Shown one piece after another: positions 47,833 through 61,889 of a DNA stretch of 64,000 nucleotides (the stretch's first letter is position 1; every line of letters begins with the position of its first letter). Made by a program: the position numbers and the translations under genes. The notes beneath the pieces were generated by a model. That model was given only the letters and a program-made list of their open reading frames with translations, was not told the origin of the DNA and did not search any database. The stretch comes from Lingula anatina (taxonomy: Eukaryota > Animalia > Brachiopoda), in NCBI GenBank assembly GCA_051362555.1, contig CM120642.1, positions 992,001 to 1,056,000 on the forward strand. Direction: 5' to 3'.

Positions 47833-50800
47833 TAATATGTGGTTCAATGTCTTGTATGTTTCAGCTCACTTATTCATTACTATGTGTAATTAAAGATTAC
47901 ACAACACTGTCACGTATACATTACCATGTTTTGAAACATTAGGAAATTGCAAACTTCCCCTCTGACAGGACAGAGACAACCCTTTTCATCCCCCCAATCT
48001 CATACAGCGCTCAATTAACATAGCAATTAATACCTTCTCTGGCTGTTAGAACTAATTAATGATAAAACAACAAGTACAATTTCAAATCAATTGATTATCG
48101 TTCTTCTCATGGTGTAACTGTCACCACCTAATTCTATTAATATACTGAATACCTAACCAGATACACTGCAGCCTTATCTGGTTTAATTGTCATTGACATG
48201 ACGGAGGTTGTCCGTGTCAGCCACCTAATCAAGAAGAGATATTCTCTTTATCTGGTCTAAGTATCCCCCCCCCCCTCGTCTGCCTCTGTATCTCACATTG
48301 TAAACTGGACTTAAAGACAAACATACTGATAAACAAATGTGTAGCATGATATTTTAATGATATTTTATTTAAAAATCAACAACATAAGGAAAATTGCAAT
48401 GCACTTCCAAGTCATTGGAAATTCAAAGTCATTTTAATGAAGGTGATAAAAGTATAGCAATACTAGCAACTATGTTACCCCTGTATGATATTTAAATGTG
48501 GCAAAAAAAAAAAAAAAAAATGGGGATAAAAAAGAAACAGAATCCCACTCCCCCCAAGGTTGTATTAGTTAAGTGATAGATTGCCAGAGATAAAAACATT
48601 TAAACCTCAAACTTCTCCGCAGTGAAAAGGTGCACAAAGACCAGGCAAACACACCGTGAGGTATTGTTAACAAACGTTGGCCTATTTATCTCAATAACGC
48701 TCCACTCTACTTCACTTAGGGAATCAGCTGACAAGGACAGGCTATTACTAAACATATACAGCGGGAGAAAAATAATGCCGTTTCTCTTTTCTCGCTCCTG
48801 TTTTTTTTCCATTTCTTTTGCTCCTAAACCCAGATTTCTATTTTGTAGAAATACCCTGCCTGGCAAATTTGTTCCACTTCTGTGCATGAATTGAAACCGT
48901 AAAATAGCCCACATCAAAGTCATATGTGACTCATTTCAACCATTCACCCACGCTTCAATGCTATGAGGTAATGAACTGTACTGAAAACAACACACTCCAG
49001 GTTTTACTGCCTCTCTGATACAAACATCCTTATAAAGGCCAGGTCTCTGCTAAGCCTTAATACACTTGTTTATGAAAGTTCCTTCCTTGTTACTGACCAA
49101 AAATGATATCTGTGTTTTATTCTGTTATCAGACAGTTGACACTTTTGATCTTCCAAGTTCTTGCTTATAGTTTGGCAGAAACAAACTCCCAACCAACTTT
49201 AAAAGTTTGCGTCCACTTTAAGTTAACACCTCTCTGTGTTAACATACCTGTATCAAAACCCAGGTGTTTTCATTCCCAATTCCCTGACAGCAGGTAAACT
49301 CCACACCTGGTCAGTCCATGTTGTCCCATGTTAAGTGTATGGGTAACCACACTTTGTTTAGAGAACACACAACTTATTAGGAACATCATATACAAACATT
49401 CCAATTGATGCCATGAATAAAATAAACAAAAAACAAAAAAAAATCAACTTACATGAAAGTAGTGTTGAGCCCAATATAATGTCCTCCAGTCTGGGGGAGA
49501 ATAGAGTAGAGGTGAGGGTAAAAAAGGTTCCATGATGCTTAACTTCATCATTTGACCAGGTCTGTATGTTATCAAAGCTATCTAGTATACTGGGTACATA
49601 CACCACCACTGCCGCAGCTGGCTGGATCCACTGACTTAACTCCACAATACTATAGGTGCTCTACTTTCTCTCTAGAGCTCTACGTCACTTTATGAGGCTC
49701 ACAAAGAGTCGGTATGGTTAAGTACGCTCTGATACACCCTTAGCCACACCTCTTACCCTAAACGACCAGCCTCACCACACAGACACAGCGGGCAAGTTTA
49801 AGACTGGCGTACACGGGGGAGACAGGTAGTATTGTTATCACTTGGCTGCCTCAATTCACTTCCACTTCAGTGGAAAAGCCACAGTTTAAAGGTTAAAGAG
49901 ACATGATGGTTGAGGACTGTGTGTTTAACGACCATGGCTAGGTAACAAGTACCTGCCTTCCCAGGTCTTTGTTCATCTGTCCAGAGCCACCATGATCAAG
50001 ATAAACACAGCTTTAAATCCACCAGCGTGACTCATTAAGTAATTAATAGGGCCCCGACTAGGTATAATTGATTTGAAAGTCTCCAGTCCCATAGTGCACC
50101 TTGGAGTGTGAGGTTTATTAGAGATGTGAGGTAGAGAGTTTGTTTGTTTGGAAATAGTGACCCTCTGTTTCTGTAATCTTGTTGTTTTTCTCTGCCCACT
50201 TTTTTGTGTAGGTGTATTTATCCCTATTACATATGGCAGAGCCAGGAAATATACTGTGTTAACAAAATAACTAAAAATATGTATATAAATACTGGGACTC
50301 TTAAATGTGATTTTTTAAATGTTTAATATTTTATACTTACATACAAAAATATGTAACATGTAAAATATGTTGCACAATTCAGTTGTATGAAGCAAATTTT
50401 AAAAAGCTGTTTTTTTACCCCTTTTAGTGGCAAACCAGCTGCCTACTTTTACTATTGTTTTTCAGACTGTCTTTTCATTTTTCAGATGTAGAGCATTCTT
50501 ATTGTACATATACTTTTCTTAATGAAATAAATATTTAATAAGCTAAAAGCTCCACAGAACAGTAAACCGCAGGGACTAGGTAAGTACACAAATTAGCCAA
50601 TAATCTATAACAAGTAGTGACATGTGTAAAGAAATAGAAACTGGCTGAGTAATTACCCACAATGACACACATCAATTAATCAAAACGCCAGCAAGCCACG
50701 TCCTGAAAATACAATAAAGGACAACCCCATGCATAAATAATATTACTGGGGATATTAAAAAGTTAGAGCCCAAAGATCTTCCTGTTTTTTTCTTGTCTTT

Positions 50801-52061
50801 GTTAAGTAAACAAGGACCCTGGACCTGGTTATGGGACAAATAGATGCAGTGCTCCAAGCCTGCTTTTTCTCAGAATTCTCAGGGCATCGTTGTCATTTGC
50901 CTGTAGTTCATATCCTGTTATTTCAAACAATTCTGTTCTTGTATGATTTCTGTGTTATAATCATACATTAGGATGATGAAAATTCTCTGTAGCATTTAAT
51001 TGATTGTATATTTTAAATTTTCACCACGACTTATGAATAAGGTTATATTTTCATCAGAACTAGTTTACCTGTTTGTCTGTATAGATAGACCGTTATTCAG
51101 GACAGAAAGAAGTCATAAAAATTTCAACTGAATCCAGGCCTGCTTATATCTGAAATCCCTTTCAGTAATTATTATTTCCTTTGGCAGAGGCCTGGGCTCT
51201 TGGGGTGCTGTTTACTTATTTTCTTTTCAAAAAAAAAAATGTTTTTTAAACCTGGATTTTATTGTTGCATTTTCCAATGTTTTCTTAAATTTCAAAGGTC
51301 AAATATCCTGTCAAAATTTATTTGGGAAATTGTTGGTTTTGTTGACCTCAGACGCTGTTATCAATGAGGAGATTTAACTTAAATCCTTTTTTTTAACCAA
51401 CAAGGGGGGGGGAGGGGGGCTGAGTCATAATCCAAATGACCTCACCAGGTGAAGGACACGGGAATTCACTCTTCTCTCACCTTCTTTCTCCTTAAAACCA
51501 TTGTATCATCTCTATCCATCGGAATTGTATTTTACAAACCACATTTAAAAGGAACTTACGGAAGGGAAAACACTTGAAAAGGAACAAGTAACATCCTGCT
51601 GCTCGTATACTTTCCACTACCAGTGTAACTGTATCGCACACTTTGTGAAAGTGATTGTAAAGGGTATGTTAAACATGGGTTTATCTGTCCACATGGGGCT
51701 AGAACAGTGATTTAACTTGCTGGGAACATAACACTAACAACTTTTTTTGAGGCTATACTTGTATTTCCCTTCTTTTTTCTCCTTGCATACACTTATAACA
51801 TGCACTTAAAAGGAGAAATAATATACTGAAAGGCAATTCTGAGAAACAGAAAAGAAAATCACAATTCCATGTAAAATTGTAAAGAGAAAACAGGGTATTC
51901 AAATTAACTGTACTCTTATCTTCTAACAGTTTTAAAAACAAATTTTCATATGAATTAAAAACTAAACTTATCAACCCAGAATGAAGAAAATATCTAATAG
52001 TCAATCAGATTTAACATCTGATTGTCATTCTAGTTTTCAAATTCATGATTAAATTCAACAT

Positions 52062-52064
<3 letters not shown>

Positions 52065-52112
<48 letters not shown>
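52065..52112. repeat. poly(A) tract
   Basis: Directly visible. Confidence 0.95.
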
Positions 52113-52114
<2 letters not shown>

Positions 52115-54224
52115 ATCCTTTCCACTTCTCATCGATACATTTTTACCACGTTTAACTAGTAATTTTTTGCAGTGGTAACAAACACAGAACACATTTGATG
52201 AGATTATAGTCAGATATACCAAATATATAGAGGTATTTTCTGCAATCTTCCCCAAATAATGTCTCACCAAGGACAATTTTTTTCATTTTTTATTCATTTA
52301 TTTCCAATTGAAAGCAAATGATATTACGATGTCACCCAGTGCAGCCAAGCAGACAGTCTGCCTCTGCAGACAACAATTCCACCAATTCCAGCGCCTGGCA
52401 ATGTAGCAGACATGTTGTCTACCTGCGGGTAGAAGGTACGCCATTGTTTTCTACAACTATTGTTTTCCAAATATTTAAGTGAGCCATGGCTGAATTGAGA
52501 GACAAACATCACTAAAACATAGTGGCTGGCATCAGCAGACTCCATGTTGCCCCACGCAGACAAAAATTTTGTTTATCCTCAAGGTTTACTTTGACCCCTA
52601 AGCAGTACCAAGGACATAATTCAACAAGTGATCCTGTACATCTTTACCTTTTTCCCTTTGGTAGTCCATTATTGTACAGAGTTGTAAATGTTTTGATTTG
52701 ACAATTAAAACTATTGCTGTCTTTTCTACTAAAATTAAACAGTTGAATTGTCAGGGTTTTTTTTCAGATAGTAAAAAGGGAAAAACCGAAGATATTTCAA
52801 ATTTCATAAACATCAAATTTATAGCTAACATTTGTTGTTTTTTTTTAATCTTTTTTATTTTTTATTATTTTTTTATTTCCTAATGAGAGAGATACATGTG
52901 TTCATATTTACTGGATAAATTAGACCCAAAGAAAATATTTACTTGTAATCTTAGTTCCACCCACATAACAGAGGCACCCCAAAATGCTCCGTGTACCCGT
53001 ATGCACCTATTCCCCCCAGATTTAAGTGTCATCGGATCAAACATTTGTTTTGCACCTTTCTCCCAAACTATAATAGGATCTCCATAGGAGTGTTTTGACA
53101 CTTTATTGATTCTACAATTTAAACAGTATACTTGTGGATAGTTATACCAAAACAAATCCTGTTTAGATGGTCTTAACCTTATTCTACTTCACTGAAATTG
53201 CATTCTACTCTGAAGTATGTAGTCCTGATTTGGGATAATGCCCTCCTCGGCAAGAAGTAAAGATTTATCATTCAGAGACTTGGAACGCAGGTACATATAG
53301 TATAGGAACTCCCTGTCCCTGTTCATCATACTAAATCCTTATTGTCTGGCCCTCGCACCTTATTTTGGGGATATTTCTTAGGTGCAAGCGACTTCAACAT
53401 GACCTCGTTAATCACACTTGCAGCCATATGCTACAATGTGAATCTGTAAATTGAACGTTTTTACGGAAAACTGGATATAACGATTTGACTATATACAAAC
53501 ATGTATTATATCTTTTATCTTCATTTCAATGTATTTATTGGTTGGTTTAACTTTGGAGACAAAGACATGACATCCGTTGTATCAAATGTATTTCTGTTTT
53601 TTTTTTCCTTTAATTATAATTTTTCTTGTATCTTGAAAAAAAGGCTGAAGATTTACATCTTTTGCTATCTCCCTTCCTATGTTATAGGCCAAAGTTGGTA
53701 TTTTGTCTTTCTTTAATTTTAATTTCATGACAAGTCAACATATCCACACACTGCGAGATAAATACTGGCATAAAAAAAAAAAACATTTTGGCTTCAAACT
53801 GAAATTACTAAAAAAATAAATTTCTAATTATCAAACTAGGATGAAATCACAAGGTTCCCACCATATAATACACTACATGTACTTGAATGTGTTAGATAAA
53901 AACGACAAAATCTTTAAACCAATAATCCTTCCGAATTTTACTCCCTTCCTGTAAAAGTGACAAAATCTTAAGTACTTCCATGTAATGATATCCAGCTTCA
54001 CAGAAAAATTATAGCCTTCACTTCCGTCTGCCTATACAAGACCCATGTGCTACCACTATTGTAAGAAAAACTCCGTCTGTTTGTAAACAACTCTGACCTA
54101 GTTTCTCTTCATTCAGCTCAGTAGAGCCATTGTGCAACCTTCGCCTCCGCATTAAATCTATCAAAATATCCTTGGCTAATATTGACAACTATTCAGGCAA
54201 TGTCAAGCTTGATGACACATGGGT

Positions 54225-54332
54225 ACCGGAATTAAAGCTTTAAGAACAATAAACATGACAGTTTGTTTTCTGTGTCAATCCACTCTACTACAATGCCCAT
54301 ATATGGTAAAAACCGTCACAACTCACTTCCGG
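54225..54332. promoter_or_regulatory. Serum-response-element-like CArG + Ets composite
   Basis: CCATATATGG at 54297-54306, CACTTCCGG (CCGGAAGTG on minus) at 54324-54332, ACCGGAAT at 54225. Confidence 0.45.
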
Positions 54333-55950
54333 AGCACCTATAGTTCCCAGTAAATGGGATTTCAATGAACTATTATAACACATACGAGAAGCCTACTATG
54401 GTCTAATGCTCACATTAGTGTTTGTGTAATGACTTCACGAGCTGCGAGGCATCACTCCATAATATTACACCAGTTCAAATGACATAGTTTTCAAACATTA
54501 AGATGGATACAATATTTTTTTAATCGCAATTCTAGAAGGACTTTTCAAATGACTTTTTTTTTCACACCCACATTTATACACCCACTGAAGGCAAAAATGA
54601 ACTCAAAAGATGTAGGGAAATTAGTTTTCTAAAGGAATTAAATTTCATTCAAATTATTGGAATTTTGGCACTAAACTGACAAAGTATTTGACATTTTCTC
54701 GTTGCTGGAATAATATATTTTGCATTCAATTTGAAGTGCAATAATGTTGGAAAATAAGGGTACAATTAATTAAAAAAATCTGTTTTTGTTTCTACATTAA
54801 ATATTCACTATATGGATTTCAATTAATCATTCAATTCACAACTGAATAAAGAGGCACCCAATGTCTAACAGTTCACTAAAATCTCCTCAGTGATCAGTTT
54901 ATCATGCCTCTAAGTCCTGGCAGCTGTGTGAAAGCCAGGATGCCAACCGGCTTTTTTTTTATCAAATTTCTGAACATTTCCCCACGGTTCATCAATGGAG
55001 TGGAATATCATGGTAGAATAATTGGCCTTATTGCTTTACATCCTTACTTCAAAGAAAGAATGAAAACTTCAACACTCCCTTTAACCAAAATCCTTAAGAT
55101 TTCCTAAGAGAGGGGTGAGATGAAAGTGGGACGTGGAGGAGGAGGGGGGTCTATCTTCAACTGGATACCAAAGAATGTGTGAGAGTGTATGTGCGTGTAT
55201 GCATACGTTTGTGCACATACATGTACAGGTCTACTAGTATATGTGAATAGGTATGTAAGCATGTACATTCAAGACTAGGAAAATACTCCTTCTGGACTGA
55301 AATAAAGGATCTTGGATGACATGACACCTTTCTACACAGCCTTTATTTATTTTTTTATCTTCTCCCTTCTCTTGGACAGTCATCATTAAAATTTTCCATC
55401 ATTTGTTAAAACATAATATCCTATAGGTAAAAATGTGGCACAATTAAATTTTTCCATATAATTTAACATTAATCAAACATACATCTGTCATTTAAGTTCA
55501 GTTATAGTACAATATCAAAAACCAAGCTGAGGTGACCCCAGCCCCTATTCCTTCACTTCCTTCTACTGCCCCTCCCCCTCTCACTTTTTCTTCAATAAAT
55601 CTTCAAAAGCATTCTTTGCCCTGTGGAATCCTAATTTGCACCCCTCACCTCCAGCAAAGACCCAACATTTTATCACAGCACCCATCACCCACCACTTAGC
55701 TTGTTCAGTAAAAATGTCCACCCTGTATTTATCCTGGGGTGAATTAAAATACCTTACACCACCAACCCTCCCACTAGCTTCATTAACCCCATGAGAAGGG
55801 TCAAATTTTCATTATCAACCCAGGTTGCCCTCTTGTTTTATGTCAGGTCACCCCAACACATACATTGTATCAACCCAAACAACTTGTAGTAGACTGACCC
55901 CAACACAGAACATCAATGGCCTCTATCTTCACAGATGAAATAAGGAACAG

Positions 55951-56292
55951 AGATAATAGATAAAACAATAGAGGAATAAATATAGCAATAAATAAATAAA
56001 TAAATAAATAAATAAAATAATTAATAAAGTCTAGTTTTATGATGGCACCACCCTTAGCAACTTACTGCCACACCTTATAATCAGTCTATGAATCAGTTGA
56101 TAATAACACCCCCAGTCTGGGAGATGAGGAACATGTTACTTATCACATTATCTTCCTCTGAGAAAGCCTTATCAATAGTGCGGAGAAGCTGGATAATTAA
56201 GTAACACTATTATGGTATCCAGACAAATGATAAGGAGATGATGAGTTTATCAATGAGAGGTGTGTGTGGACTGGGGGGGGGGGGGGGGAGTG

Positions 56293-56353
<61 letters not shown>

Positions 56354-56361
56354 AAAGATAA
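55951..56361. promoter_or_regulatory. GATA-motif cluster (candidate enhancer)
   Basis: GATAA/TTATC sites at 55951, 55958, 56098, 56140, 56148, 56169, 56191, 56228, 56247, 56356, with CACACC/CACCC boxes nearby. Confidence 0.45.
56295..56348. repeat. (GA)n microsatellite
   Basis: Directly visible. Confidence 0.95.
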
Positions 56362-57672
56362 GCCATCTTTTTTATATCAAAATATAATAAATAACAATCT
56401 TATTCAAGCACTATACATGAACTATAAAAGAAAAATACAGAAATCTAAGTGATACAGTGTGATCAGAAATGTACAGGTTTCAGAAAAGTCACAAAATCAT
56501 ATTTAGGCCATCTGCTGCTGTTCCAATGTATTTATTCTCAAGTGGTCAGTACAGCTGGCAGTCAGCAATCACTTCACACTGACCACTACGGTCCAGTCCA
56601 TTGATACACCTGACCCCTATCTCACTCCCTGATAAACCCTGGGCAGGGCTATTTTGACACTGGACCCCTTGGGTGACTGTGATCCCTGTGCTATCAACTC
56701 TACTGTGATCACAGATAGTGACAGGGCACCTGCTCTTTGTGACAGTGTGAATAGAATAGCTGGAGAAAGGTGAAACCAATACCTGTCTGTCTCTAAGCAG
56801 TGGTCTGGGTGGGTGGGGTGGGGTGGGGGGGGTCTTGGGTATAACAAGTAGTAACTTTTCAATGCCTACATTTTTCAAAAGCAAAAATGAATGATTGAAA
56901 TATAACGACAACAAACAACATTTTAATTTTTATATTATTTCTATATTTTCTCTTTAATTGGTATTTAAACTTATTCAAACTAACAAAATTTCATTGAATT
57001 TACAAGCAAGGAACAGGGCTATTGTATTGTGCGAACTGCCATAAGTTCTTCATCCACCTCCCTTCTAAACACCACATTAAAAACTTAATCTGCTGAGTGG
57101 TAAGGGAGAGAGGACCTTTCCACTAGAAACATTACGATAAAAGTGGTTTGAGATGAATTTTCCATATCTACCACAACTAGTAAACTGTGAAAGAACCACT
57201 TCAAAGGGGTTTCCCCTTATATACCTTAAAACTCCTTTTTTCATACAGTTATCAATTTTTGGAAACCAAGATAGCATAGTTTACCTGTATCCCTACATTT
57301 GATTTAGTTTTTCAGGTAAATAATTTTACCACAGAAATGACCACAAAAGATGTAATCATATTAGTTCTGCTTTGTTTCCAAAACCCAAATAAAACCAGGG
57401 TATATGATCAATCTTAACTTAGTCCACATCTGACATGTCCTTAATTGAAAGTAAAGGAATGTCAAAACAGCCTCCACTGAACATTAACTGGAATATTTCT
57501 TAATTAAGCAACATTCTAGTGGGATCAACGTGGACAGAGCTTGAAGTTGTACATCTGATAAGGTCTGACAAGTCAATAAAATAACACTTAATATTTGAAA
57601 TTATTACTGAATATGTTTTGAATGGGGTTAAAAATACCATGTGGCATTTGACAGCGCTACACCTATGTGACC

Positions 57673-57676
<4 letters not shown>

Positions 57677-57705
<29 letters not shown>
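57677..57705. repeat. (GA)n microsatellite
   Basis: Directly visible. Confidence 0.9.
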
Positions 57706-57707
<2 letters not shown>

Positions 57708-58736
57708 TAACTTTTTAAACATAACAATTTGCCTTTTTTCTAAACTTTTTTTTTCTTTTTTTTTTTTTTTTTGCTGAGAGAAAATGGCATTTTCTGATCC
57801 TCTACTGGAAACACACAGGGGTTTACTGTGGGTATCAATCAGCATACAAGACAATGCACTAATATTAAAATGCTGGTATTCAAAAGGCCTTCATAAACAA
57901 ATCATTTCCATTCCCTGGTTTTTTCCAAGGGCTTTATAAAAACCAATCGTGCCAAGTAAACATTTATTAACGAATAGTGAGTTAATTAATTTCTTTCAAT
58001 CATGCTGTCCCGACCTTTAAAAATACAACCTTCCAACAGCATTATTCTGTAAACAATTCTGCACAAACATGCTGTATGAGGCTACAAGTTATATAATGCC
58101 AAAAGTCACCTTTGCAGAACTTTTCTATGCAACAAATCATTCTACAGAAGTTTTTTCAACTCTTTATAATTTTTTTCTTCTGAAATTTTATTTAGGGCCC
58201 TTTCACAACTATTTCCCTCCCTCACACCCACAAACACAATTTGGAATAAAAAGAAGCAAATATGCTTCCCTCATATATTCCATTAAATTTTCTATATTGA
58301 GCAAGAAGACAATGAGTTAAAAGAAAAATAAAATTAAAATAAATTGGTGGAATGAAACAACTGTCCTATTCGGTCAATCCCTTTCTCAAACTCAGAAAAA
58401 GTCAGCTTTCTACAGCAGAGCCTGCCAACAGCATTTCCTGGAGATAGCATCACGGTGGATGCAGTTACCAGATCAGGGAAGTGATACAAGGTTGATAATG
58501 ACGTCTTTAACGGCAGCCACATTCTCCTCAGGGAAAGTAAGAGAAATGTCCCCGCCAGATACACTGAGACGTGTCTCCAATCTTGGACGTTGTTTACGGT
58601 TGTGAAGAGAGGTAATTGTTCTGTTACTTTGAGGAGTGTTCCTGAACAGAACATTGGAATTTTTACAGAGTCCCTTATAACCCCACCCTGTGACTGGCTG
58701 TCATTACACCTGCTTACCTCCACCTAGCACATGCAT

Positions 58737-58810
58737 ACACACACACACACACACACACACATACACATGCGCGTGCAGGCACACATAAAGAGAGAGAGAG
58801 AGAAAGAGAG
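58737..58810. repeat. (CA)n / (GA)n microsatellites
   Basis: Directly visible. Confidence 0.85.
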
Positions 58811-58929
58811 TGACCCAAAGCCCTACCCAGCCCTGCTATTTTCAAGAAGACAGGTGCTCCCAGACATATTAGGTAGCAGCATGCTTCACTTCACCTCAGA
58901 ATGAATGAATAGCCTGGCATCAGCCACAG

Positions 58930-59140
58930 ACACCAGTATATATAATACACTGACACTGGGAGACCATCAGTCTGGACTCATTATACATGGGTCAGGATTT
59001 GGGGGGTGAGGGGGGGTGTACAGACACCTGTATCTATAACACTGACACTGGGAGACCATCAGTCTGGACTAATTATACCAAGGTCAGGATTTGGGGGGTG
59101 CGGGGGGTGTACAGGCACCTGTCTCTATAACACTGTCACA
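58930..59140. repeat. Tandem repeat, about 92-bp unit, about 2.2 copies
   Basis: ACACTGACACTGGGAGACCATCAGTCTGGACT...GGTCAGGATTTGGGGGGTG...CACCTGT starts at 58947 and 59039, with a partial third copy at 59130. Confidence 0.9.
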
Positions 59141-61173
59141 TATACCTGAGTTAGGGTTTGTAAAGGCTGTGACATTGGTTAAAATACATTTTCTGGACTT
59201 AAATGTACTTTAAAGAGACTTCTCAGTTCCTCTTACTTTGAACCAATTGAATTACTTCTCATGGATGAGGGGTTAAAGTAACATGTACCATTTTTTTCTT
59301 GCAAAAATCAGATAAATTTTCATTATGACATTTGAGAAATAAACAATAAAATACAAACAAATAAACAAGACCAAAATGGTAAATGATCCATTGAGGATCA
59401 GTCCAATAATTTGTGTTTAGTTTTCCTTTTTTTTGTGCATTTCCCTGTACAGTTGAGACTGTATGATGTCACTTGTCTCTCTCTTAACAAGAGACAAGAT
59501 GTTGTCTTTGAAAAATTATCTTGAAAACTATCTAGCCAAGTCACAATCACTTTTTTTCCAGGAAAGTGTCCATGTTTTTCACTGTTTTATCAACAAAAGC
59601 AACAAATTACAAACTTTAACCCAATTGTCTGTGTCCAATTTCTTTATCGTCTTTCCACTTTTCCATGAAGGCATCTAATACCAGTTTTTTTTAAATCACT
59701 TAAGGCATGTTGTAGACTGCCTGGTAGACCATGTCTTCACACACTACCAATACCACGTCTGGCCAACAATATAACACTAAGGGCCCAAACCATGTATTAT
59801 GTAACCAAGCCTAGCTACAGATAACTTGTGCCTCTCTCAGCAGGAAAACAAAGGGACATCAATTACAGGTAAGTGATAACCTAGTATTAGTTAATCTTAA
59901 AGGTGTGAGGAATAAGCTCTACCTGGGGCTTTTTAATATGGTGGTGCTTGGTGTCTCTCCCTTAATTGAAAGAAAAACCAATTATACAATTATAGGTCTA
60001 TAACTAGCTGTCATCTTAGCTCCTAGGTATAAGAAACATTATCTGTCTTCCTCTTTTCCTTCATCTCACTGTCCTTATGTAGGCCTTAGAAAAAACACTT
60101 ACCGACAAAATCAGAACAATTTATTAAATAGGACTTTTTTTTATCCCAAATTTCCTTTTAATATATTGTTGAAATGTGTACTTTTATTAGGTGTACAATC
60201 CAGCTATACACTGTAATGATCATGCTCTTGTTATAAAACAAGCACATTATTTTCATTATTCTGACCACTATTAGTTTATCTTTAGTCAAAGTTTATTTTC
60301 AATTTTGGTCTAAACATTTAGATGAATGTACATGTATGGTCTAAATCATTTTATGAAACTGTCCCTGAAAGGAATAAAAAAAAAAAAGAGCCAGACAAGA
60401 AAGGTGTAAGGTGTATAGTCATTCCGTCCCAAACCTAATGTCTGGGTACATATGTCTATGACCTAATAAGAATCAATGTAATTAGACTATAATGATCAAG
60501 TAGCCATTATCTAATCTCTTCATAGTGTCTTGCAAGGTACTGAAAGGCACCAAGACAGGAGGTCTCTCCCCCTCCTCTCACTAGCCTCAATCCCATGCCT
60601 ATGTCAATCCCCCAGGATATCTGAAAGAGAGATCCAACAGATGGTGTAAAAAACTTCTTATCTATCCGTATCAACAACCCCTACTGACTTGCCTGGGTAG
60701 CTGATATGTCTGAAGTAAGTAGTTCCTGATATGATGGCCTAATGTACACTGTATGAAAAGGGCACTGCACCCCAAGGGGAAGATCATCATGTTATCTGGT
60801 CCTACTGTATATTATAGAACAGAACATAATCAATGTCATTACTGTCCCCTGGGCTACCAAAAGTAAACCATCTCCTCTCTTCCTGTCAGACATAGGGAAT
60901 AAGACTCATAAATTGATGATATCAAATCAAAGTTGTCATTGAAGAACATTGTATACATAATCACATTAAAACACAAGACCTCTCTGCTTACGTGACTGAT
61001 TGTATCATTTTTTATTTTCACAGTCTGAATTTTGTGTGTAAAGGATGGTAGACTGCAAATATTTACATAAATTTAACTATTTAACATGCCAGCCTTGCTA
61101 CACGTTAAAAGTGCTGCATCATCTACAGAACAATCCAAAGTACAGTTAATTGCTTATTACAGTAACTATTTTA

Positions 61174-61255
61174 GTGTCCATGCCCAATGAAACCATTGTT
61201 TTAGGTACATGGATCTAACTCCCCAAGGACTTTCGCTGAATGCAATCAGCTTAAC
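61174..61255 (+). mobile_element. Single-arm remnant of the 16810-17061 MITE family
   Basis: GGATCTAACTCCCCAAGGACTTTCGCTGAATGCAATCAGCTTAAC aligns with CGATCCAACTCTGCTGGACTCTTGCTGAATGCAATCAGTTTAAC at about 16847-16890. Preceded by TTA. Confidence 0.55.
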
Positions 61256-61732
61256 TAAACGACATGATTTTTCTTGTTTTCAAAATTCTCATTTAATCAC
61301 CAGACTTTCTGTCTTCTATTCAACACCAGGAGGAGGAGTGTTAATCTTTTCATTTAAAGAAATAGGCCCTTAAGCTTCACCATAAAATATATACCATCCA
61401 CACTAGACATCAGAAGAACAGCATTATCTACAAAACAATGCAAATACAGCTGATTGCCCGAGGAGCCAAGTCTCCAAACAAACTGCCCCCATTCGGAAAA
61501 ATGTTGACAGGCATTTAATTTTCATCTGAGGGCCATTAAATGCTGGGTGACTCCTTCTTTTCCCCCTTCCCCCAAGGGAAAACAGCAATGAGTAAATAGC
61601 TACATGGTCTATCATCACCATCTAGATCTGATACTGACTGCACAGAGTCCAGGTGTAGGCTGAATGGAATCTCAATGATCCTACCTGTTTTAAAATCTGG
61701 GTCTTATGGAGACCTAACAAAGTGTCACCATG

Positions 61733-61889
61733 CAGGGGTGGATTTAGAGATATTTTCTGACAGTCTTCCAAATTATCTTTGTTGATTCGTTCTTCATTTT
61801 TGACCGAAAAAAATAGATACCCATCAATGTAAACTTGAAAATCTTACAGTCTTCCTGAAGACCCAGAAGACGCCCTAAATCCATCCCTG
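61733..61889. mobile_element. CAGG-ended MITE with 6-bp TSD
   Basis: TIR CAGGGGTGGATTTAG / CTAAATCCATCCCTG. Flanks ACCATG / ATCATG. Confidence 0.65.

Noticed and set aside
49453-51600. Candidate upstream KLF exons (donors near 49452 and 51559)
   Set aside because: Good GTAAGT donors, but phases and ATGs do not join cleanly to the phase-0 PVDLS exon and the peptides are unrecognisable
58930-59140. CRISPR-like repeat
   Set aside because: Eukaryotic context, and the whole unit is duplicated with no unique spacers
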